A stretch of DNA of 64,000 bases from a virus: positions 1 to 64,000 of the IMG/VR virus record IMGVR_UViG_3300033571_007537. The stretch is one strand, 5' to 3'. The translations under genes and the position numbers were made by a program. The first letter of the stretch is position 1, and every line of letters starts with the position of its first letter. Below, piece by piece: positions 50,353 through 58,898 of the stretch. The notes under the pieces were generated by a model. That model was given only the letters and a program-made list of their open reading frames with translations, did no database searches and was not told the origin of the DNA.

Positions 50353-51756
50353 CTACCTAATCTTGAACCCTCCACCATTGCCACCTCTAAACGGACTAAT
50401 CTTGCGAGCACCCATAGAGCGGGCAGTAATCTTGCCACCACTAAACCCAGCAGGAGGCTTGATTAGAAGAGCCGTGAGGGCGTGAACCAACGCGTCCACG
50501 CGGTCAGGCGACTTGCCCTCTCCGGGAATCCAAGAATACATTTGCGATTCTAAGTCCGTGAGGTACCCGACATGATGGACGCGACCTTGCTCATAGGCAA
50601 GCGTGATAGGTTCTGCCCGCAACGCTTTTCCGTATTTGGAGTGAACCTCTAACACCGTGACGCTAGGGTCTATTGTGTGTATCGCGTTCTTCACTAATGC
50701 TCCACCTTGATTCACCTCCGCAACCACAGGGCAACCCCACTTGCGAGCCATCTCGACCACCCGCATTGCCCAAACATTAGGCGACCCCAAGACTGAGGCG
50801 TCCTCGACCACCCACGCTTGACGCTTATACAAATCTCTATCTGCCGTGCTTGAAACCACTACGATACCGCACTCATCTCGAGGGTTCTCCGCGACTGAGG
50901 GGTCTACCCCAATTACGCGAAGAGGCGTGCTTGAGGGGTAATTGCCGTGTCTATGCTTTTCAATCATTTCCTCAGTCCAGAGAGCACCCTCAACATTGTC
51001 CAACATCTCGCCATAAAGTTCTTGCTTAGCAAGTGAAGTTCCCGCGTATACGCCCAGCATTGTATCCAGATACGCACCAGAGAGGTTACCCGCATTGTCC
51101 AGCGTCGAGCCACGAGTTACGACCACATTGCGACCCTTATCCGCCTCCTCGAGCAACTTGTAGAGCAACGGCACACGCTTAGGAGTTGTAGTTACGACCA
51201 TTTTCGGATACGCACCCAAACGAGTTCCAACACGCAAGTTATCAAACGCAGTCATACCAGCCGCGTCGGGAGTCTGCCTCCAAGCCGCAATCTCATCTCC
51301 CCAAGCGTGAGTGAACTGAGGTCCACGCAGAGAGTCAGGCTCATCAGCAGTAAACAGAGTTGCCGTGTTGCCATTAGGCCAGGTCAGGCGACGCTTAGAC
51401 GGCTCATACAGAGGCTTTTCAGATGGAGGCGAAACATTCATAATCCCAGACTCACCCTCAACGATTACATCTCGCACATCAGCCGCAGTTCGGGCTACGA
51501 GGGCAAAACGGCGTTGCCCAGTTGTAGTGTATTTCGCTTGCTCCCGCACCCACTCAGAGGCGAGGCGAGTCTTCCCAAAACCACGACCCGCAAGCACTAA
51601 CCAGATGTTCCAGTCTTCACCCTCAGGGCAGAATTGCTCAGGGCGACCCCAGACAGACCAGTCCCAGAGCAGAGAGTCCGCGTCCATACCAGCCAGCACC
51701 ATCGCCCGTTCAGCCTCAGGGAGGTCAGCGATTTGTTCCATTATAGATTTACCCAT
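50353..51756 (-). CDS. terL: Terminase large subunit
   Basis: AGRGFGKT Walker A, LRGPQF..AWGDE, TTTP, GVDP, E.NQGG, SPDRVDA. Confidence 0.95.
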   Translation of the reverse strand: MGKSIMEQIADLPEAERAMVLAGMDADSLLWDWSVWGRPEQFCPEGEDWNIWLVLAGRGFGKTRLASEWVREQAKYTTTGQRRFALVARTAADVRDVIVEGESGIMNVSPPSEKPLYEPSKRRLTWPNGNTATLFTADEPDSLRGPQFTHAWGDEIAAWRQTPDAAGMTAFDNLRVGTRLGAYPKMVVTTTPKRVPLLYKLLEEADKGRNVVVTRGSTLDNAGNLSGAYLDTMLGVYAGTSLAKQELYGEMLDNVEGALWTEEMIEKHRHGNYPSSTPLRVIGVDPSVAENPRDECGIVVVSSTADRDLYKRQAWVVEDASVLGSPNVWAMRVVEMARKWGCPVVAEVNQGGALVKNAIHTIDPSVTVLEVHSKYGKALRAEPITLAYEQGRVHHVGYLTDLESQMYSWIPGEGKSPDRVDALVHALTALLIKPPAGFSGGKITARSMGARKISPFRGGNGGGFKIR

Positions 51757-51845
51757 CTTCCCAGTCTACCGCATCTTTTCCCGGTCTTCCGTGTGTTCCC
51801 TCCTCCGGGCCGGGCCGCCTTCATCAACTTTTCACGGAGCAACCA

Positions 51846-51897
51846 GACACGCCGAAGAACCTTCCAATTTGACAAACCAAACTTCATAGCCCATAAT
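51846..51897 (+). promoter_or_regulatory. Early promoter with GACACGCC box
   Basis: GACACGCCG (51846), TTGACA (51869) -N17- CATAAT (51892). Confidence 0.8.
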
Positions 51898-51939
51898 TAC
51901 TACATAAGCAAAAATGCTTATCCAACCAAAGGAGATTCA

Positions 51940-52299
51940 ATGACCACCACACTAAACACAATAACCGCAACTGCTACTGAATTTGGTTTTGACGCAGGTA
52001 TTACTTTCAGCACTCAAGAGCAACTTGATACTTTTATTGCTCTATTCCCAAAATCAACTAAAGTAGTTGCCACTCGCCTCACCACCCTTGACGGAGCAAC
52101 ATCTCCGCACGCTACTTTTGGTATTCGCCTAGTCGCAGATAATGTCAATGGCGGAACTAACGAAACAGGTCTCAAAAGACTTCACAAGTTCGTCGCGGTA
52201 GCAACTTCAAACGGATACGAAATCCACAACAACCCTTGCTACGGAAACTCACTAACCCAAGAAGCGTTCGACAAACTAATCGGGAGGGTGATTGCCTAA
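51940..52299 (+). CDS. Hypothetical early protein (119 aa; start reassigned to MTTTLN)
   Basis: AAGGAGATTCAATG leader; terminator at about 52320-52352. Confidence 0.8.
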   Translation: MTTTLNTITATATEFGFDAGITFSTQEQLDTFIALFPKSTKVVATRLTTLDGATSPHATFGIRLVADNVNGGTNETGLKRLHKFVAVATSNGYEIHNNPCYGNSLTQEAFDKLIGRVIA

Positions 52300-52506
52300 C
52301 GGCAACCCCGCCTCAACAAAGAAGCCCCCGCCCAGAAGCGGGGGTTTTCTTTTACCCGAAGCGAAGCGAAGCACTTGACTTTTTATAGAAAGCGTGATGA
52401 CCGACTTTTTTCGCCAACTTCCGGGTTTTCCGTGTGGTCCAGGTTTCCAGGCCCCTTCGCGATTTCCTCATCAAAACTTTTCATCAAAAGTTAGCCGTAT
52501 CCCGAT

Positions 52507-52536
52507 TTGACAAAACAATACCGCGTCCCTCATAAT
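52507..52536 (+). promoter_or_regulatory. Early promoter
   Basis: TTGACA -N18- CATAAT. Confidence 0.75.
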
Positions 52537-52579
52537 TGCTACATAAACAGAAATGTTTATCTGACCCCAAGGAGATTCA

Positions 52580-52906
52580 ATGACCAATTCAAACACCGCG
52601 ACTCAAACTGAACTACTAGACGCTTACATGATTGGCAACGGCGACTTCACTGATGTTGCTTGCCTAGACTGTGCCCGCGAGTTCGCAAGAACAAACAAAC
52701 TCAAGTGGGACTCTCCGTCCGAGGACACCTTCACGATTGAGAAGGGGACGGGTGCTTACGCCTCCTACATACACTCCTCCGAGGGTGAGGCGGACTCTCC
52801 GTATTCTTGTTGCGGACTTTACCTCCACACAAACTTCACCACTGAGGGCGAGGTTTACCTAATGGACGAGTTCCCGAGTTGGGTTGCGGAACTCTACGGG
52901 TTCTAA
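52580..52906 (+). CDS. Acidic Cys-containing early protein
   Basis: Same leader; CxxC and CC; terminator at about 52916-52950. Confidence 0.8.
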   Translation: MTNSNTATQTELLDAYMIGNGDFTDVACLDCAREFARTNKLKWDSPSEDTFTIEKGTGAYASYIHSSEGEADSPYSCCGLYLHTNFTTEGEVYLMDEFPSWVAELYGF

Positions 52907-53050
52907 CCCGAACACAAACTAGCCCCCTCCAAGTGAGGGGGTTTAGTTTTATCCGCCCGTAAATGCCCCGCTACGCCCCTCAGCGGGTGAGGGCGACTAA
53001 CTTTACCTACTACATCACTTCAACCCCTCAGCGGGCGTCCTAGACCCGAT

Positions 53051-53080
53051 TTGACAGATTGACCCCCTAACCCTCATACT
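53051..53080 (+). promoter_or_regulatory. Early promoter
   Basis: TTGACA -N18- CATACT. Confidence 0.75.
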
Positions 53081-53122
53081 TGATACATAGAGCAGAGATG
53101 CTCCCCGACTAAAGGAGATTCA

Positions 53123-53329
53123 ATGAGCAGTTATTACGATTACCAAGATGACGCGGATTACGCGAAGGAGATTTATTGGGAGGCGAAGGGACTTGGAAAC
53201 GCTAATCCTTCAACCGCAACTCCTAACCGCACTCCAGCACCTCAGATTGAATGCGAGAGATGCCACCGCAGAGGTTCAGCAGAACAAGTTGCTAGCCACA
53301 ACATCAAATACCCGAACTGTGCTGACTAA
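53123..53329 (+). CDS. Small Zn-finger-like early protein
   Basis: CERC...H...C; AAGGAGATTCAATG leader; terminator at about 53343-53380. Confidence 0.75.
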   Translation: MSSYYDYQDDADYAKEIYWEAKGLGNANPSTATPNRTPAPQIECERCHRRGSAEQVASHNIKYPNCAD

Positions 53330-53522
53330 CCCTCAGCACTCAAAGATTTCCCCTCGTAGAGATACGGGGGTTTTCTTTTATCCAAACTGAAGCAGAAGCA
53401 GAACACCAGCACTTGACTTTTCACGAAATTCGCGTAGCCCCGGCTATTCCGGGTTTTCCGTGTAGCTTCCCCGCAGCGAGCAACTTTTTACGAACTCCTC
53501 TTCAAAACTTTTTTTATTAGTC

Positions 53523-53563
53523 CGCGTGTCGATTTGACAAAATGTATGCCTATACCCCATACT
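53523..53563 (+). promoter_or_regulatory. Early promoter with adjacent GCGTGTC box
   Basis: GTGTC-N3-TTGACA (53534) -N18- CATACT (53558). Confidence 0.75.
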
Positions 53564-53606
53564 TGATACATAAGCAGAAATGCTTACCAACCTAAAGGAG
53601 ATTCAA

Positions 53607-53846
53607 ATGAAGAAAGTTGTTCTAGTTAGCAAGTCAGAAGGTCAGCGTGGACAGAACGGTAAGAAGAAGGTTTACGAGATTATCGTTGAAGGAAACAAAG
53701 TAGTTCTGTCTTGGGGTATGGCAGAGAAGTCAGTCCGTCAAACCAAGACCGAGTGGTTCAATAACCCTTACTCCGCAGAGAACTTTGTGTTCGAAAAGCA
53801 ATGGGAAAAGATTGCTAAGGGCTACGAAGTGGCATACACCGCGTAG
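53607..53846 (+). CDS. Stand-alone WGR-domain protein (start reassigned to MKKVVL)
   Basis: K.YEI.V.G..V..SWG....Q.....F.....A......EKIAKGY pattern, with WGM in place of WGR. Confidence 0.75.
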   Translation: MKKVVLVSKSEGQRGQNGKKKVYEIIVEGNKVVLSWGMAEKSVRQTKTEWFNNPYSAENFVFEKQWEKIAKGYEVAYTA

Positions 53847-53851
53847 CACTT

Positions 53852-53895
53852 ACGAAAAGACCCCCTAGTCGAAATGACTGGGGGGTTCTTTCGTA
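53852..53895. terminator. Bidirectional terminator at the +/- convergence point
   Basis: ACGAAAAGACCCCCTAGTC-GAAAT-GACTGGGGGTTCTTTCGT. Confidence 0.75.
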
Positions 53896-53901
53896 TCTGG
53901 A

Positions 53902-54486
53902 TTACCGCACTCGGTTCTTCTCCAAAATAGGGTGATAGACCTTGCTAGTTCCATTACTAGGTTTTAGGTAGCCGTATCTGGCAAGTCTAAATCTAATCGC
54001 ACCGTGAGTAGTTCCTAACCGCTTACCTAATCTGTAAAGCGTTACGCCCTCTGTTGTGTGTGAGTAATTTAGTAGCCTCGTGTATTCTTCTGCCTCTGCC
54101 CTAAACTTTGGTGAATTAGACCGCACCTTGCGTGCTAGAGGTTGAAGTTCTAGCAGTCGTGCCAAAGTTTCTGGCGAAGGTTCAATGTAAACTGGTGAAG
54201 GTTTTACGGGCTTCAATGGAAGTTCTGGAATAGTTAGTCCATAAGATTTCGTAAGTTCTTCAGCAGTCGAAGCGTCAGTAATTTTTGCCACTTGGCGAAC
54301 TCTCTCCCTTGACCAATGGAATAGTTCAGCGACACTTTGTAATGTCCACCCGTGATTTCTCAATGTGGTTGCGTAAGCGTTTCGTATTTCTTTCCACTCC
54401 GCAGTCGGAAGTGTTGCGTGAAGTTTCGCAACATCAGTCGCAACCTCAGTTGGAAGTTGGTGATTATTTTTCTTGAATTGAGTCAT
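53902..54486 (-). CDS. Tandem HTH DNA-binding protein (start reassigned to MTQFKK; paralog of 48721-49230)
   Basis: GWTLQSVAELFHWSRERVRQ (sigma region 4-like HTH) and GVTLYRLGKRLGTTHGAIRFRL. Confidence 0.8.
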   Translation of the reverse strand: MTQFKKNNHQLPTEVATDVAKLHATLPTAEWKEIRNAYATTLRNHGWTLQSVAELFHWSRERVRQVAKITDASTAEELTKSYGLTIPELPLKPVKPSPVYIEPSPETLARLLELQPLARKVRSNSPKFRAEAEEYTRLLNYSHTTEGVTLYRLGKRLGTTHGAIRFRLARYGYLKPSNGTSKVYHPILEKNRVR

Positions 54487-54591
54487 TTTGTTTTTCTTTC
54501 TCCGAGTTTTGTCCCGGTTTTCCGTGTTGAACTTTTGACGAAGAAGAAGCGGGACGCTGAGGTCCCGCACCTTCTTCAGTTTGGTTTGATT

Positions 54592-54978
54592 TTAGAAGCG
54601 ACGATTGTGATAAAAGTCTGAGTCCGAGATTGATTTTCCCGTTTCTTCTTCGAGTTCTATCTTCTCCGCACCGAGCATAATGCCCCATACATCGGATAGA
54701 AGATGAGCAAAGTTCTTACCGCGAGTTTGATAAACGCGGTTCTTGAAGTTTGGATAGTCAATCTTCAACGCTTGTTCCGCAACCCACGCTGACCACTCTG
54801 AGTCCTCGATGATTACTCTATACGGGTAGTCCGTATTAGTCTTCTTGATAATCTTCGCACCCGTAAAGTCCACGATGCTTCTGAGGGATTTCTTGTCCCT
54901 CGCACGAACTGTGATTTCGTCTTTGTCATTTTTGTATCGAATCGCCGAAACGAATCCATTTTCAGTAAATAGCCACAT
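54592..54978 (-). CDS. Conserved phage hypothetical protein
   Basis: MW.F...GF.S, VRAR, DYPYR, IDYPNFK pattern; GAGAGGA RBS. Confidence 0.75.
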   Translation of the reverse strand: MWLFTENGFVSAIRYKNDKDEITVRARDKKSLRSIVDFTGAKIIKKTNTDYPYRVIIEDSEWSAWVAEQALKIDYPNFKNRVYQTRGKNFAHLLSDVWGIMLGAEKIELEEETGKSISDSDFYHNRRF

Positions 54979-55097
54979 AAGTATTTGTCCTCTCGTCTTT
55001 GTGTCTTACCGCAAGGAGAAATCTACTCCTTGCTAATCAAGTCTTGAGTTATGCCCTTACGGCGTTATCACAATGTTATCATTTACACTTGTGCTTG

Positions 55098-55265
55098 TCA
55101 AGCCCGGAGATTTAGGACGGCAAGAGCAAGCGCAGAAGCACCCAGTCCCACTACCGCAGACAGTTCTCCTCCGACTAACACCAGCACAATAGTCCCAGCA
55201 ACAAGAAGCAAAGACCCAACAGCAGTCCAAGCAACCTCCCGCAGTAAAGCGAATAATCTATTCAT
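55098..55265 (-). CDS. Small membrane protein (55 aa, about 2 TM), missing from the ORF track
   Basis: MNRLFALLREVAWTAVGSLLLVAGTIVLVLVGGELSAVVGLGASALALAVLNLRA; GAGGAG RBS; ATGA coupling. Confidence 0.7.
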   Translation of the reverse strand: MNRLFALLREVAWTAVGSLLLVAGTIVLVLVGGELSAVVGLGASALALAVLNLRA

Positions 55266-55420
55266 TTCTTTTTCTCCTCAGTTTGTTTTGGAAGCACAAC
55301 TCCCAGAAGGGGTTGAACCTTTCTTGATTTTCTCTCCACCCAGATAACAATCCCAGTAGTGAGCAACGCTGAGGCGACCAGCACCGCAACGAGAAGTTGA
55401 GTAGCGTCGAAGTTAGTCAT
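55262..55420 (-). CDS. Small membrane protein (52 aa, 1 TM), missing from the ORF track
   Basis: MTNFDATQLLVAVLVASALLTTGIVIWVERKSRK...; overlaps its neighbours by 4-8 nt. Confidence 0.6.
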   Translation of the reverse strand: MTNFDATQLLVAVLVASALLTTGIVIWVERKSRKVQPLLGVVLPKQTEEKKK

Positions 55421-55529
55421 CGTCTAGCCCACTCTCCGTGCCCTCAACGAACACCGCAGTAATCATCGCCAGCACAAATACCCCAGCAAGAATTCCAAAT
55501 CCGCCCAGTATCCATAAAAAGATTTCCAT
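55413..55529 (-). CDS. Small membrane protein (38 aa)
   Basis: MEIFLWILGGFGILAGVFVLAMITAVFVEG...; AGGAGA RBS. Confidence 0.65.
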   Translation of the reverse strand: MEIFLWILGGFGILAGVFVLAMITAVFVEGTESGLDDD

Positions 55530-55670
55530 TGTTTCTCCTAAATCATTTGACACATCACACTCTAACATAAAAATCTTCTGAGGCACCATCTTTTCCGGGT
55601 AGTCCGTGTAGCTTCCGCCATCGCACAAAAAACTCCCTCACCCTGAGGCGAGAGAGTTCTTCGATTTTGT

Positions 55671-55835
55671 TTACGCTAGTTCAGGTTTCTTTATTCTGAC
55701 CATACGCCTAACTCGAAAGTTGGCGTCAATTGGAATTATTCCCGCACGCATAGCCCAGTAAAACAGTTCATACTCCTTGCGAACCGCAAACTTATCCAGT
55801 TCAGCAATTCTTTCTTGCGTTAGTTTCTTTCTCAT
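55671..55835 (-). CDS. Small basic protein (54 aa), missing from the ORF track
   Basis: MRKKLTQERIAELDKFAVRKEYELFYWAMRAG...; GAAAGGA RBS; hairpin downstream. Confidence 0.65.
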   Translation of the reverse strand: MRKKLTQERIAELDKFAVRKEYELFYWAMRAGIIPIDANFRVRRMVRIKKPELA

Positions 55836-55859
55836 TTGATTTCCTTTCACTTGTTATAA

Positions 55860-56018
55860 CTACTTATCTTTGAGATTTATTCCCGCCCTAGAACGACGCT
55901 TACGCTTAGGCGGAACATAGAAGTAATTCACCCACAAAGACCGCGACACGACCGCGAGGAGGGCGAACCCAGTAGCAACCGCGACCATTGACAGAACCAG
56001 CACAGTTGATTTGTCCAT
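55860..56018 (-). CDS. Small membrane protein (52 aa) with basic tail, missing from the ORF track
   Basis: MDKSTVLVLSMVAVATGFALLAVVSRSLWVNYFYVPPKRKRR... Confidence 0.6.
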   Translation of the reverse strand: MDKSTVLVLSMVAVATGFALLAVVSRSLWVNYFYVPPKRKRRSRAGINLKDK

Positions 56019-56021
56019 TGA

Positions 56022-56186
56022 CTATTTCCCCGCTTTCTTTCTGAGGTCAAAGTAATAAAGAACTAGCGACTGAGCAATCAAAATAGTTCCGAGTCCCGCA
56101 CCAATTACAAACGAGTTCACGCCCTCTGAGGTTGCCCCAACAAAGTAAGCGAACGCCCCAAGTAGGAATACTAAATACTTCAACAT
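56022..56186 (-). CDS. Small membrane protein (54 aa, 2 TM; start reassigned to MLKYLV)
   Basis: Two hydrophobic segments; AAGGTGG RBS. Confidence 0.65.
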   Translation of the reverse strand: MLKYLVFLLGAFAYFVGATSEGVNSFVIGAGLGTILIAQSLVLYYFDLRKKAGK

Positions 56187-56188
56187 AA

Positions 56189-56407
56189 CTAGCCCACCTT
56201 TCTTGCCAAGTTCAAAACTTGTGGAGCAAAGGTTAGGAACACCGCACCTAGTCCACCAATCCAAAGTCCAGTTGCCCAAACTTCACTAGCACTTGAACTA
56301 GCACCCGCACCCGCACCTACCATCAACGCGTAAGCAAACAAGTAAGCACCCGCAACGAACGGAACTGCTATTAGTCCTACTACTGCTCTACGAAAATAAA
56401 ACTTCAT
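56189..56407 (-). CDS. Small membrane protein (72 aa, 2 TM)
   Basis: AAGGAGA RBS; two hydrophobic helices. Confidence 0.75.
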   Translation of the reverse strand: MKFYFRRAVVGLIAVPFVAGAYLFAYALMVGAGAGASSSASEVWATGLWIGGLGAVFLTFAPQVLNLARKVG

Positions 56408-56648
56408 TTATTTCTCCTTTTGTCTTTTAGTCTTTCGACTTACTACAAAGGTAGCACATAACCCAATTGAACGCAAGTCCATTTCACCTCAGCGTGTCGC
56501 ACTTGACAAAAGTCTTCCTTCGTGAAAAGTCTTCCTCCGTAAAAAGTTGAACGAGTTAGGCAACCCTAACTTTTCCGGGTGCTCCGTGTGAAGTCCCCGC
56601 GTCAAAAAAAAAATCCCCGCCATTTCTGACGGGGAAACTTTTTACTGA

Positions 56649-56837
56649 CTAACCCAAGTCTGGGTAGTAAGGTGTTGGGTCGCAACAACCGATACAAGAA
56701 CCGAACGCTGTGCTGTATCTGGTTTCATCTACCAAAGGGTTATCTGCTGTGATTAGTTCTTCGCAGTCTGGGCAGGTTTCAGGTGCTAGTCCTACTAGGT
56801 TTGCTACGAAGTTGATGTTTGTGAAGTTGGTAATCAT
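56649..56837 (-). CDS. Small Cys-rich protein
   Basis: CPDC...CIGCC; own promoter, RBS and terminator. Confidence 0.7.
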   Translation of the reverse strand: MITNFTNINFVANLVGLAPETCPDCEELITADNPLVDETRYSTAFGSCIGCCDPTPYYPDLG

Positions 56838-56987
56838 TTGAGTTCCTTTCTTGAACTACTACAATGGTAATGCTTTTGTTTAGGTTTGTCAAGTTCATTT
56901 GACGGCGTGTCGTGAATAACAAAATCCCCCCTGCTGTGTGCTGACAAGGGGGATTTTTTGAGTGTGTCCGACACTCGGCGGGTTCTT

Positions 56988-57176
56988 TTACTTTTCCAAG
57001 TCTTCCAAGTTTTCCATCTCTTCAACAATCTTCATAATTCTTGCTTGCTGAGTTCCATCTAGACTTGCCCAAGCCAATCCAAAAGCGTATGAGTAAGGGT
57101 GTGTGCTTGCCATACCTGCTTTTAGTTCTAGTGCTTCGATTAGGTCGCTTGAGTTGATGTAAGTGTTAGTTGTCAT
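56988..57176 (-). CDS. Small hypothetical protein
   Basis: Own promoter, GAAAGGA RBS and terminator. Confidence 0.75.
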   Translation of the reverse strand: MTTNTYINSSDLIEALELKAGMASTHPYSYAFGLAWASLDGTQQARIMKIVEEMENLEDLEK

Positions 57177-57242
57177 TTGAGTTCCTTTCTCGAACTACTA
57201 CAATTGTATTGCTTTTGGTGTTGCTTGTCAAATCCAAAACAT

Positions 57243-57389
57243 TTACGGCGTGTTGTGAACTTCGTGAACACTAACCCGCACTCGTGATAATCCCTCTGAG
57301 ATTGCCCACTCGTGAACTCGTGCTTCGGCTTCGCGTTCTGTATCTGCTTTTACTAAGAAGATGTTTCCGTATCCATTTACCTCGAACAC
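57243..57389 (-). CDS. Possible small protein (48 aa, GTG start)
   Basis: MFEVNGYGNIFLVKADTEREAEARVHEWAISEG...; start overlaps the upstream stop. Confidence 0.45.
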   Translation of the reverse strand: MFEVNGYGNIFLVKADTEREAEARVHEWAISEGLSRVRVSVHEVHNTP

Positions 57390-57577
57390 TATGACCCCTG
57401 TCCGTAAAGTGAAAACCTAATTGTGTTTTCTGGATTAGCACTCTCGGCAATAAGTTTGCGAGTGTTGCTGATAATTCTTTCGGCGTCTTCCCAAGTGTGA
57501 ACTTCGTAAAGAGGAGAAAGAACTTCTTCTCCATTGCTGTTGATGATGTTGATTACTAGTGTGTCTATTCTTGCCAT
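57389..57577 (-). CDS. Small hypothetical protein
   Basis: GAAAGGA RBS and promoter at 57630. Confidence 0.75.
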   Translation of the reverse strand: MARIDTLVINIINSNGEEVLSPLYEVHTWEDAERIISNTRKLIAESANPENTIRFSLYGQGS

Positions 57578-57965
57578 TTTATTTTTCCTTTCTCTGGCGT
57601 GTTTCTATTGTAAGACTTTGAGGTCATCTTGTCAAATTGTATGTTGAGTCAGTTTAGCCACCCCTCGCGGGATTTATAACTCAGGTGGTCGCCTGTTGCT
57701 GTAAGTCGCATCTTCTACAACTCTGGCTCATACCAACTCCATCTCGGCTGGCTGAGGCTAGGACACTATGCGAGTTCCTAACTCGTAGAACTACTATACC
57801 CAACTTCTTCCTTTGGATTAGCAACTCCTCCCCAACTTCACACGAGTCTTCGTCAAAAGTTTCCGCCCGCGGTCGAGGCTTCCATCTATTCCCAGTATTC
57901 CGTGTAGCTTCGAGGTAAAAAGAAACCCCCGCAAGTTTCCTCACGGGGGATTTCTTTTTGAGCGA

Positions 57966-58643
57966 TTACCTACTCGAAGCGAACAATAGAGATTTCTGCT
58001 GTTCTCTTTCCCTCTGTGCTTTTTGTTCTTTGAAGGATTTATTTTCTAGAACCCGCACATAAGTAATCGTTGAGTAAGTCCCGCCCCAATTCTTTATTGA
58101 AGCGACACTCGTAACTTGTCCGCGATTTCCGCCAGCGTGAATCATTTTATCTTTTCCAAGATAAATCGCGACGTGGTAGATGTTCTTGCTTCTCGTGTAT
58201 GAAAAGATAACAAGGTCGCCTACCTTTGGCTTCTTAGTTACTTTACCCGCGTGGCGTTGTTTGGAAGCAGAGTGTTCAAGTTCAACACCTATCTTGCCAT
58301 AAGCCCAGCGTGTCATACCTGAGCAGTCCCACCCTCGCGGGGTAGACCCTGAGAATACATACCAAGTTTTACCAACTTGATTTCTCAAAGTCTTCACCAT
58401 CTTTTTTATTTTGACGGCGTTGCTATTTAGTTTTTTGTTTTTAGCAATCTCTTTTACCATAAGAGTTTGTCTTGCTTCTTGACTTTCCAGCGACTCAAAG
58501 AAGTTTGCTGATGAAGTTGTTGAAACATTTGTTGCTTTTATGTTTATTGACTCGGCGGTCATCTTAGGCTCTTCTGCGTTTGACGGCGTAGAACCAGATA
58601 ACACGAGTAGCGTTGCTAATCCGATTGTCAGTAACCTTTTCAT
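57966..58643 (-). CDS. Secreted NlpC/P60 peptidoglycan endopeptidase
   Basis: Signal peptide (MKRLLTIGLATLLVLSG...SNA), YVFSG....WDCSG, GDLV.F, HVAIYLG...MIHA. Confidence 0.9.
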   Translation of the reverse strand: MKRLLTIGLATLLVLSGSTPSNAEEPKMTAESINIKATNVSTTSSANFFESLESQEARQTLMVKEIAKNKKLNSNAVKIKKMVKTLRNQVGKTWYVFSGSTPRGWDCSGMTRWAYGKIGVELEHSASKQRHAGKVTKKPKVGDLVIFSYTRSKNIYHVAIYLGKDKMIHAGGNRGQVTSVASIKNWGGTYSTITYVRVLENKSFKEQKAQREREQQKSLLFASSR

Positions 58644-58752
58644 TTAGCGACCTACCTTTCCTGGTTTTACGAGTTAGCACTCGGTCGTTTATTGTTGGGG
58701 TTCTCCCTGATGTTTCGCTATTCAGTTATCACTCGTCCAAAGGACAAGTTCC
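58644..58752 (-). ncRNA. Structured 5' leader resembling a reduced c-di-AMP (ydaO/yuaA) riboswitch
   Basis: CTGAAT ... CAGGGAGAACCCC ... CCGAGTGCTAACTCGT in the ydaO order, upstream of an NlpC/P60 gene; TATACT -10 at 58756-58761. Confidence 0.45.
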
Positions 58753-58898
58753 TCCAGTATACCCAAAAAGAGTGGAAAAAACCTAATCCTCCAAGTTTTC
58801 CGGGTAGTCCGTGTCAGGCGTCCCTCCCGAAATCCGCGTCAAACCAACGAAGAATCCCCCCACCTTTCGGCAGGGGGTTCTTCCAAAGTGTGTCGGAA

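Noticed and set aside
1154-51756. Inteins or introns in helicase, PolA or terminase
   Set aside because: Lengths are normal, reading frames are continuous and I saw no intein splice motifs.
51307-51939. ORFs 51307-51600, 51365-51889 and the 5' extension of 51634-52299
   Set aside because: They are antisense to terL and cross promoter DNA; the supported start is 51940.
57640-57890. Possible tRNA or ncRNA in this intergenic gap
   Set aside because: I could not build a cloverleaf or recognise a family, and the overlapping ORFs lack clear RBSs; left unannotated.
57966-58643. NlpC/P60 as the lysis endolysin
   Set aside because: It has a signal peptide, an early-region position, a regulatory leader and no adjacent holin; a lysis cassette is not evident in this window.
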